A model generated the notes under the pieces. It was not told the DNA's origin. It worked only from the letters and a program-made list of their open reading frames with translations, and searched no databases. From assembly GCA_963786935.1 (NCBI GenBank), contig CAWBAN010000001.1:448001-512000 (forward strand): a DNA stretch of 64,000 bases, written 5' to 3'. Positions within the stretch are counted from its first letter, which is position 1; each line of letters starts with the position of its first letter. Both the position numbers and the translations under genes were made by a program. The DNA is from an uncultured bacterium (GTDB lineage Bacteria > Krumholzibacteriota > Krumholzibacteriia > Krumholzibacteriales > Krumholzibacteriaceae). Of the stretch, positions 28,368-36,302 are shown one piece after another.

Positions 28368-28907
28368 GTGCTGGAATCGTTTCAGGGAAAGCCGCCGGCG
28401 GTCGGCGCCGACGTGTTCATCGCGCCGAGCGCGCAGGTGATCGGCGACGTGGAGCTCGGCGACGGCGCGAGCGTCTGGCACGGGGCGGTCGTCCGCGGGG
28501 ACGTCGGGCGGATCCGCATCGGCGCATACACCAATATCCAGGATCTCTGCGTCTGCCACGTGACGACCGGGGGGCCGGAGCTCGTGGTCGGCGCGCGGGT
28601 CACCGTCGGCCATCGGGCGATCCTGCATTCGTGCGCGATCGGGGACGGGTGCCTCATCGGCATGGGCTCCATCATCCTCGACGGGGTGAAGGTCGGAAAC
28701 GGGAGCATCGTCGCCGCGGGGAGCGTGCTCCTCACGGGGCTCGAGGTCCCGCCGATGTCGCTCGTGGCCGGCGTTCCCGGCACGGTGAAGCGGACGATCG
28801 ATCGGGCCGCCTCGGAGCGTCTCGCCCGGAGCGCCGAGGAGTATCATCATCTCGCGCTCGCCTATCTCGGGAAACGGCCCTTCCCGCATTCGGAGGAACG
28901 AACATGA
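28368..28907 (+). CDS. Gamma carbonic anhydrase family protein (YrdA/PaaY-like)
   Basis: Hexapeptide repeats, RGD..IRIG..TNIQD...H, VGH.AILH metal ligands. Confidence 0.92.
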   Translation: MLESFQGKPPAVGADVFIAPSAQVIGDVELGDGASVWHGAVVRGDVGRIRIGAYTNIQDLCVCHVTTGGPELVVGARVTVGHRAILHSCAIGDGCLIGMGSIILDGVKVGNGSIVAAGSVLLTGLEVPPMSLVAGVPGTVKRTIDRAASERLARSAEEYHHLALAYLGKRPFPHSEERT

Positions 28908-30049
28908 AACGGCGGGCGGCCTGCCGCGCGATGATCGCCGCCGCCGCGCTGATTGCGGCGGCCGCGGTTCCCGCGGGCTCTCAGGAAAAGGCCGGGGATC
29001 AGGCGAAGGGGACCGAAGCCTCGATCCGCCGTATCGGCGTTCTGTGCCCGCTCGAAGGGCGCTTCGCCACGCTCGGGGAATCGTTCCTGCGCGGGGCGTC
29101 GATCGCGCTCAAGGAAACGCGGCTCAAGGGGATCGGGAACGTCGAGCTCGTCGTCGGAGACACGCGCGGCAATCCGCTCGAGTGCCGGGCGGTCGCGGAG
29201 CGGCTCATCCGGCAGGAGCACGTCGACGCGCTGCTCGGCGAAGTGCTCAGCTCTTCCACGATCGCGGCGGCCCAGGTCGCCGAGCTCTCGAAAACCGTGC
29301 TCCTCTCTCCGGTCGCGACGGAGGAGGGGATCGCCGGCGTCGGGAACTGGGTGTTCCAGATGACCACCTCGTCGGAGGTCGAGATCGCCGCGCTCGCGCA
29401 CATGGCGTGCCGCCGCCTCGGGCTCCGGCGCGTCGCGTTCATGTCCTCGGACGACCTGCCCTCGCGCCGCATCGCGCGGCTCTTCGGGGAGGAGGTCGAG
29501 CGTCTCGGCGGTCAGCTCGTGATCGCCGAGCTCTATCCCGAGGGGAGCACCGACTTCGCCGAATCGATCGGGCGCGTGCGCGCGGCCGATCCCGAGGCGC
29601 TCTTCATCGCCTCGGGCACCGAGGATTTGATCCTGATCCTGCCGCAGTTGTCGTTTCACGAATTCGGCGCGCAGCTCCTCGGCACGAGCGCCTGGAATTC
29701 CCGGCGCCTCGTCAGAATGGCGGGGAAGGATCTCGAGGGCGCGCTGTTTCCCGCGGACATCGATCAGCGCGCGGGCGAGGCGCTCTTCATGAACGCGTGC
29801 GCTCTCGTCAACGAGCCGGCCGGCGAGGTCAACCAGGTGGTCATCGGGGGATACCGGGGCACGAAGCTCCTCATCGAGGCGCTCGCCACGTGCAAGTCGG
29901 GAGGGACGCCGCTGCGGGAGGAGATGTCGCGGCTCCTCGAGAAAAGGCGTCACCCGTTCATCGATCTCATGGCCGGTGAAGGCATCCTGTTCTACACCGT
30001 GCGAAACGAGCGCGCCGTCGAGTACGGAGTCCTCAAGGCGGAGCGCTAG
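28904..30049 (+). CDS. Periplasmic binding protein type 1 (LivJ/LppC-like)
   Basis: Signal peptide, IGVLCPLEG..A..G, GSTDF motif. Confidence 0.75.
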   Translation: MKRRAACRAMIAAAALIAAAAVPAGSQEKAGDQAKGTEASIRRIGVLCPLEGRFATLGESFLRGASIALKETRLKGIGNVELVVGDTRGNPLECRAVAERLIRQEHVDALLGEVLSSSTIAAAQVAELSKTVLLSPVATEEGIAGVGNWVFQMTTSSEVEIAALAHMACRRLGLRRVAFMSSDDLPSRRIARLFGEEVERLGGQLVIAELYPEGSTDFAESIGRVRAADPEALFIASGTEDLILILPQLSFHEFGAQLLGTSAWNSRRLVRMAGKDLEGALFPADIDQRAGEALFMNACALVNEPAGEVNQVVIGGYRGTKLLIEALATCKSGGTPLREEMSRLLEKRRHPFIDLMAGEGILFYTVRNERAVEYGVLKAER

Positions 30050-30714
30050 CCGCGCAGATGAAACTTCACGAGAAAGCTCACCCAGAACGAGACCGGCGTT
30101 CCGTTCGTCCGGACCGGCTTGAAGAGGAACTGCCGCACGGCGGCGAGCGATGAGGCCTCGAAGCTCACCGGTCCGAAGGACGAGCGCACGTACGCCTCGT
30201 TCACGGTGCCGTCGCTCGCGATGTACGCCTCGATGAGGACGTACCCCTGCAGCCGCTCCGCGAGGGCGTCGGCCGGATACTCCGGCTCGATCATTCTGAG
30301 AATAACGTAGTCCTCGCGGTACGGAACCGGCGCGTGGGACGCATGCGTGCGGTAGGCGTAATCCCCCTCCAGGGGGACCGACACCTGCTGTTCACGCTTC
30401 CGCTCGGCGGGCTTCGGAGCCGGCTCCTTTCCCCGCGGGCGCTTCGGCTTGTCCTCTCCTTCGACGACGACGTCCTGCACGACCATGACGCGCCGCTCGC
30501 GCGACGTCGCCTTCGCCGGCGTGTCGCGGCTGTCGATGATCGAAATTTCCGGTTCGAATGTGGCGGGACCCTCGTATCCGAGGGAGATGAAATCGCGGAT
30601 CGCTTTGACGCGCTCGAACGTCACGAGGGCGAAGAGGTGCACGAGAATCACGAACGGAAGGATGAGCGTGAGCCGTCTACGCATCCGGCGGTCGTACTCG
30701 CTGATTTTCCCCAT
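30046..30714 (-). CDS. TonB-family energy transducer
   Basis: N-terminal TM with His, Pro/Lys-rich linker, PEYP..A...LQGYV and F.FKP TonB_C motifs. Confidence 0.82.
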   Translation of the reverse strand: MGKISEYDRRMRRRLTLILPFVILVHLFALVTFERVKAIRDFISLGYEGPATFEPEISIIDSRDTPAKATSRERRVMVVQDVVVEGEDKPKRPRGKEPAPKPAERKREQQVSVPLEGDYAYRTHASHAPVPYREDYVILRMIEPEYPADALAERLQGYVLIEAYIASDGTVNEAYVRSSFGPVSFEASSLAAVRQFLFKPVRTNGTPVSFWVSFLVKFHLRG

Positions 30715-30811
30715 GCAGTGAGCCCTCTCTCCCTTGCATACAATATCGTACGGCGCCTTGAACGGTGTCAAGCGCGCGGTGGGGACGCGGCATGCGGGAG
30801 GCGTCGTCGGC

Positions 30812-33121
30812 TCAGGGCATCTCGAGCACGAGCGCCGTTTCGCCGGGGCGCACGATTCGCGCGAAGAGCGCCGATCGCCCGTCCGCGAGGCGGACCGTGA
30901 AGAGGTGCGCTCCCGGCTCGACGAGGCCGAAGGAGGCCGATCCGCCGGCGCCGGTCGCGCGCACGGAGAGCCGGTCGATGTCGACCGACGCGCCGGCGGC
31001 GGGGGCGCCCGCGGCGATCACCTTCACGGCGAAATCCGCGGCGACGGTCCCCTCGTATCCGAAGGAGAGCGCGATCGCCGCAAAGATCCGCTCGGCCTCG
31101 AGCCGGAGCCACGCGGCGTCCTTCATCGCCGCCTCGCGGGAGGCGTCCTCGATGGGGCCGCAGTGGACCTCGCATGCCGGGCACGCGGTCTGCTGGAGGA
31201 ATACGTCGGCCCACTCGACGACGGCGAGCGGGCCTTCCGGCGCGAGCGCGCCGAGCGCGGCGGCGAGCCGCTCCGCGATCGAGCGTCCGCGAGCGCTTCC
31301 GGAGAAATAGAGGACGCACCGGCGCGTGTCGATTCCCGCGGGGGGCGCCTCATGCCGGATGCCGAGCGCGAGCTCGGCATCGGCGCGGTTGGCGGCGTAG
31401 ACGCGCTCCTGCGGGGAGATCGTCTCGTCGCCGTTTCGCGTGAGGGCGACCGAGGCGCCCGCGCGCTCGAGCAGATTGCGGAGAATCCGCGCGACCTCGA
31501 GATTCGCGGACGCGCCGCGCAGCGAGCCCGCGCCCCGGCCTCCCGGATCGGATCCGCCGCCGCCGGGATCGAGACAGATGCGCCTCCCGGCGAGCGCGCC
31601 GCCGAAGAGCGGGCTGAGCCTGACGATCGCTCCCTCCGCGGCGCCGCGGGCGGCGCCCGTGTCGAGGAGGGCCGGGGCGTAGCCGGTGGCGATCACGATG
31701 AGCGTCTCGGGGCGGTTCGACGCGGGAACGAGGATCCTGCCCCGCTCGTCGCCGATGACGCTCCCGGCGGAGCCGCCGCCGATGACGGGGCGGGAAACGG
31801 GATTTCCCGTCAGCGCGTCGACCGCGACGAACGCGGCAAAGACCCCTTCGTCGAGCGGAGGAAGCTCCATGCGCTCCTTCAGCCCGTCCGCGGAGACGGT
31901 GAACGGCTCGCGGGCGCGCTCGCGGGCGACCTCGAAGGTGAAGGTTCCGTCCATGCACGGGCCTTCGAACGTCTCGCCGGTCTTCTCGAAACGCGCGGCG
32001 ACGGGCGTGCCGTCCGCGACGCTCATGCCGCGCTCGTCGAGCACGCGGACCGAGACGGCCGCGGCGCCGCCGGGCTTCGCGACCGGCGGGAGCGCAATGA
32101 TATGCCGCGGCGGCCGCTCGAGCACAATCGACGCCGGAACGCTCCACGCCGTCGCTCCCCGAGCGCTCCGGATCGACGCCTCGAGGCGGTGCGTCCCGTT
32201 CGGAACGTCGGGAGGCATGGGGGATCGGATGACGGAGGAGGCCGCTTCGAACACCGGGACGAGCTCGCGGTCGCCGAGCCGGATGCGGGCGGAGGCGGGA
32301 TCGAGCGGCACGCCCGCCGCGCTCTTCACCGAGAACGAGATCTCCATTGGGGTCTCGATCGTGTCGCGCGCGGGGGAGAGCCGCGAGATCGACGGAACGC
32401 CGCGCGAGAAGTATTCGACGAGCCCGAGGAAATACGCTTCGGCCTCGAGCCGCTGCTTCGCCGAGAGCTTGAGGCGCTCCTCGACCGCGGGATGGGAGAG
32501 ATAGCTCGCCTCGCCGAGAATCGCGGCGCGAGCAGTCGAGTTCCTGAGCACGAAGTAATTCCCCGGCTTGACCTCCGAGATCTCGATTCCCAGATTGCGC
32601 GCGAGGTGCACCTGAACGTTCTCCGCGAGCTCGAGGGAGGAGCCCGGATCCCCCGCGCGGTAGTAGACCTCGATCCGATTGACCTCTCGCTTCACGGGAA
32701 AATTGGAGTTGTGATGAATCGACACGAAGACGTCGGGATTCAGCTCGTTCGCTTTCGCCGCGCGCGCGGCAAGATCGTCCCCCACCTCTCGCGAGCCGGG
32801 GGGGAGCCGGTCCCGGTCCGCCGTGCGCGTGAGATGGGCGTCGGCTCCCGCGTCGGCGCAGAGTCCCCAGAGGTAGAGGGCGACGCCGAGGTTCGCGTCC
32901 GCCTCCCGGAGGCTGTCCGCGCCGACGGCCCCGCCGAACGTTCCCCCGTGCCCCGGATCGATCACGATCGTTCTGCCGGCGAGCGAGCTCGCGTCGACCG
33001 GCGCCGTTTTCTCCGCGGGGCCCGCGTAGAGATTGCCGGGGACGGGCTGGCGCGCGGCGCAGCCGGCGAGCGCGAGAAATCCCAAAGAGAGCGGTATCGC
33101 GAAACGCAGAGATCGGTTCAT
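30812..33121 (-). CDS. N-acetylmuramoyl-L-alanine amidase lipoprotein with two Amidase_3 domains (second degenerate)
   Basis: Lipobox LAGC; domain 1 IDPGHGG/E/SIHHN/E; domain 2 LDPGGGG...GIRHE. Confidence 0.85.
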   Translation of the reverse strand: MNRSLRFAIPLSLGFLALAGCAARQPVPGNLYAGPAEKTAPVDASSLAGRTIVIDPGHGGTFGGAVGADSLREADANLGVALYLWGLCADAGADAHLTRTADRDRLPPGSREVGDDLAARAAKANELNPDVFVSIHHNSNFPVKREVNRIEVYYRAGDPGSSLELAENVQVHLARNLGIEISEVKPGNYFVLRNSTARAAILGEASYLSHPAVEERLKLSAKQRLEAEAYFLGLVEYFSRGVPSISRLSPARDTIETPMEISFSVKSAAGVPLDPASARIRLGDRELVPVFEAASSVIRSPMPPDVPNGTHRLEASIRSARGATAWSVPASIVLERPPRHIIALPPVAKPGGAAAVSVRVLDERGMSVADGTPVAARFEKTGETFEGPCMDGTFTFEVARERAREPFTVSADGLKERMELPPLDEGVFAAFVAVDALTGNPVSRPVIGGGSAGSVIGDERGRILVPASNRPETLIVIATGYAPALLDTGAARGAAEGAIVRLSPLFGGALAGRRICLDPGGGGSDPGGRGAGSLRGASANLEVARILRNLLERAGASVALTRNGDETISPQERVYAANRADAELALGIRHEAPPAGIDTRRCVLYFSGSARGRSIAERLAAALGALAPEGPLAVVEWADVFLQQTACPACEVHCGPIEDASREAAMKDAAWLRLEAERIFAAIALSFGYEGTVAADFAVKVIAAGAPAAGASVDIDRLSVRATGAGGSASFGLVEPGAHLFTVRLADGRSALFARIVRPGETALVLEMP

Positions 33122-33240
33122 GGAGAGCTCCTTCTTTCCTGATTCACGCTACGCTCTCTTTAGCAGAAGCGCTCCTCTTCATCAAGCGGCAAATTCGGGG
33201 AGGCCGCCCCCGTCGGCCGGGCCGAAAAAAGCGTCTTCGA

Positions 33241-33288
33241 GGCCCATATATTGTGAAAATAGTTGACGCTATCCCCTACATATGGTAG
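33241..33288. promoter_or_regulatory. Tandem NrdR-box-like palindromes
   Basis: ggcCcATATATTGtga (33241-33256) and cccCtAcATATgGtag (33273-33288) versus consensus acaCwAtATaTwGtgt; starts 32 bp apart. Confidence 0.6.
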
Positions 33289-33291
33289 AAA
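33263..33291 (+). promoter_or_regulatory. sigma70 promoter for the selA operon
   Basis: TTGACG-N17-TAGAAA with TGn extension. Confidence 0.55.
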
Positions 33292-33327
33292 TCGGCAAAT
33301 CCTGCTTGAGCAATAAGGTTAAAGGAA

Positions 33328-34740
33328 ATGGATATTCAATCGTCCCTGAAGAAATTACCGTCCGTCGAGAAAGTGCTCGAGGACCCGCGGATCGCGCCGC
33401 GCATCGGTCTGCTATCGCGGAAGGGGATCACGCGGATCGTCCGCGAGGCGATCGAGCGGCGCCGCGCGATGCTGCTCGGGGGCGCGAAGGCCGGAGCGGC
33501 GGGGGAGGGGCTTCTCGCGCCGGTCGCCGACGAGGTGGTCGCCGAGCTCGACGCGCTCGCGGACGCCGGGACGAAACCGGTCATCAACGCGACGGGGGTC
33601 GTGCTCCATACGAATCTCGGCCGCGCGGTGCTCGGCGAGAGCGTGCGCGCGGCGATAGACGCCGCGGGGCGCGCGTACGTCGATCTCGAGATCGATCTCG
33701 CGAGCGGCAAGCGGACGGAGCGCGGTCTCCGGGCCGCGCGGCTGCTCTCGCTCCTCACGGGGGCCGAGGACGCGTTCGTCGTGAACAACAACGCCGCGGC
33801 GGTGCTGCTCGCCGTGCAGACGATCGCGGGATCGGGAGCCGTGGCCGTTTCGCGGGGAGAGCTCGTCGAGATCGGCGGGAGCTTCAGGCTCCCCGAGATT
33901 CTCAGCCATGCGGCGGCGCGCGTGATCGAGGTCGGAACGACCAACCGGACGCACCGGAAGGATTACGAGAAGGCGATCCGGGACGGCGCCACGCTGCTCC
34001 TCAAGGTTCACACGAGCAATTACCGTATCGTCGGGTACACGAACGAGGTTTCCCCCGGCGAGCTCGCGGAAGTGGGACGCGCCGCGGGCGTGGCCGTCAT
34101 GTACGATCAGGGGAGCGGCGTGCTCTATCCGCTGCGCGAAGCGGGGATCGAGGGGGAGGAGTGCATCGAGACGGCGATCGAGAGCGGCGTCGACATCGTG
34201 AGCTTCAGCACCGACAAGGTGCTCGGCGGTCCGCAGGGAGGCGCGCTCGTAGGGCGCGCGCCGCTCATCGCCCGAATGAAGGAGAACCACCTCTCGCGGG
34301 CGCTCAGACCCGACAAGCTGACGCTCGCGGGGCTCGAGCAGGCGCTGCGCGAGTACTGGCGCGGGGATATCGCGGGGATCCCGTCGCTCCGCATGATCAT
34401 GGAGCCCGCCGGACGCGTGCGGGAGCGCGCTGAGCGGCTCGCCGGGCGGATCGCGGCGCGGTGCGCCGGCGTCGAGGTGCGGGTCGCCGAGTCGGAGTCT
34501 TCCATCGGCGGGGGCAGTTTCCCCACAAATCCCTTGCGGACGGCCGTCGTGCACATTACCCTTCCTCCGGGCCGCGCGGAGCGGCTCTCCGCGCGCCTGC
34601 GCGGGGGGAATCCGGCCGTGCTGGTCCGCGTCAAGGATGATTCCATTATGATCGATCCTCGAACGATTCTCTTCGACGAGGAAGACCTGATTGTCGCGAA
34701 GCTCGCCGACGGGCTTGCGGGCGTTCTCCGGAGGGAGTGA
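33328..34740 (+). CDS. selA: L-seryl-tRNA(Sec) selenium transferase
   Basis: VINATGVVLHTNLGRA, VNNNAAAV, SRGELVEIGGSFRLP, EVGTTNRT, SFSTDKVLGGPQ (PLP Lys). Confidence 0.95.
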   Translation: MDIQSSLKKLPSVEKVLEDPRIAPRIGLLSRKGITRIVREAIERRRAMLLGGAKAGAAGEGLLAPVADEVVAELDALADAGTKPVINATGVVLHTNLGRAVLGESVRAAIDAAGRAYVDLEIDLASGKRTERGLRAARLLSLLTGAEDAFVVNNNAAAVLLAVQTIAGSGAVAVSRGELVEIGGSFRLPEILSHAAARVIEVGTTNRTHRKDYEKAIRDGATLLLKVHTSNYRIVGYTNEVSPGELAEVGRAAGVAVMYDQGSGVLYPLREAGIEGEECIETAIESGVDIVSFSTDKVLGGPQGGALVGRAPLIARMKENHLSRALRPDKLTLAGLEQALREYWRGDIAGIPSLRMIMEPAGRVRERAERLAGRIAARCAGVEVRVAESESSIGGGSFPTNPLRTAVVHITLPPGRAERLSARLRGGNPAVLVRVKDDSIMIDPRTILFDEEDLIVAKLADGLAGVLRRE

Positions 34741-36272
34741 TTGTGATGACCGGTGAAGATCGGGGAAAAACCAACGGCGGCTCGTGCGAAGGGCCGGGAG
34801 GCGGATATACGATATTCCTCGACGAGGAGCGCATCCGGCAGTTCATGGCGGCCGGCGATCCCGCTTCGGCGAGCGAGCTCGAGCACTTCAAGGACGTCGG
34901 CGCCCAGCTCGAGAAACGGATCAGGGAGCGGAGCGGCGCCGTGATCCTCGCCCTGTCGACCGGCGAGCAGGGGATATCCCGCGATTTCGCCGTTCTGCAG
35001 ATCGCGCACATCATCGCGAAGCACGGCAGGAGCGTGCTCATCGTCGACGGCGACTTCCTGCAGCCCGGTCTGAGCGGGCTCGTCGAGAATGTCGAGAATC
35101 ACGGCTTCCTCGATCTCCTGCTCTACGGGAGCTCGCTCAAGACCGTCGCGCGCTCCGTCGGGATCGAAGGCGTGAGCGTCGCCGGCCCCGGCTCGTTCCC
35201 GGTCGCGCGCACGATTCCCTTCGCCATCAAGGAATTCGAGAAGATCGTCGCGTTCCTCCGGACGAAGCACGACGTCGTCATCTACTGCTCGACGCTCTAC
35301 ACGGAGGACGCGAAGATCAACCCGCTCGCGAAGCTCGTCGACGGCGTGCTGCTCTGCTGCCGGATCGACGACATGAGCGAGGGGGAGCTTCAGAAGAATA
35401 TCAAGGCGTTCGGCGAGGAGCGGATTCCTCCCATCGAGCTCGTGTGCTTCTGCGGAAAACGCGCGCCGGCTCCGGCCCCCGCTCCGAGAGGGGAGAGCGA
35501 GCCGGTCGCCGCGCCGCCGCCGATCGCGGCGCCGCTCGAAGCGCCCGCCGCGAGGGAGGAGCCGATCGAGATACCGATGCTGGAAAAAGCCGCCGATCTG
35601 GAGCCGCTCGCGGACGAGCCGGTCCCGGAGGAGCCGCGCGCGGAGCGGAAGGCGCGTTTCAGCCTGCTGCGCGTGGGGAGCGTCTCGGCGGGGGTTCTCA
35701 TCCTCGCCTTCATCGTGTGGTGGGCCCTGATCAACCGCACCGTCAGCGAGCAGCAGCCCGCCGGCCGGCCGCCGGCCGGCGAGATCGCGCGGGCCGGGGG
35801 AGAGGCCAGGCTTTCGGGCAGCGCGGATTCGACGACGGCGCCGGTCGAGTCCCTCGCCGCCGCGCTCATCGACAGCTCCCGGGCCGCGCGGGCGTCCGAA
35901 ACGACGGAAGGTGCGGCGTCGCGCGTCGCGCCGTCCGCCGTCGAAACGGCGAAGCCGGGTCCGGCCGAGGGCGCGAGACCGAGTCCGGCCGAAACCGCGA
36001 AGCCGGCGACCGCATTGACGCCGGGCAAGTACACGATCCATGTGGCGTCGTTCACGGAGGCGTTCCGCGCCGATAACGAAAAGGCGTACCTCGACAAGAG
36101 CGGATTCCCGGCGCGGATCGTCGAGGTCGAGATCAAGGGAGTGAAATGGCTCCGCGTCATCGTCGGCGAATTCGCGACGGAGGATGAGGCGGCGAAAACG
36201 AGGCTCGATCTGCTGGGGCTCAACAAGGTCGGGTACGCGCGGATCGTGACGGTCGAAGCGGCGACCCGTTGA
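34737..36272 (+). CDS. Membrane protein: CpsD/CapB (BY-kinase/ParA-like) domain, Pro-rich linker, TM helix and C-terminal SPOR domain
   Basis: GRSVLIVDGDFLQPGL and LVDGVLL resemble the BY-kinase fold; YTIHVASF...WLRVIVGEF is SPOR-like; GTG start overlaps the selA stop. Confidence 0.75.
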   Translation: MIVMTGEDRGKTNGGSCEGPGGGYTIFLDEERIRQFMAAGDPASASELEHFKDVGAQLEKRIRERSGAVILALSTGEQGISRDFAVLQIAHIIAKHGRSVLIVDGDFLQPGLSGLVENVENHGFLDLLLYGSSLKTVARSVGIEGVSVAGPGSFPVARTIPFAIKEFEKIVAFLRTKHDVVIYCSTLYTEDAKINPLAKLVDGVLLCCRIDDMSEGELQKNIKAFGEERIPPIELVCFCGKRAPAPAPAPRGESEPVAAPPPIAAPLEAPAAREEPIEIPMLEKAADLEPLADEPVPEEPRAERKARFSLLRVGSVSAGVLILAFIVWWALINRTVSEQQPAGRPPAGEIARAGGEARLSGSADSTTAPVESLAAALIDSSRAARASETTEGAASRVAPSAVETAKPGPAEGARPSPAETAKPATALTPGKYTIHVASFTEAFRADNEKAYLDKSGFPARIVEVEIKGVKWLRVIVGEFATEDEAAKTRLDLLGLNKVGYARIVTVEAATR

Positions 36273-36302
36273 TGGCATAGCGACTTCGGGAGGATACAAC
36301 CG

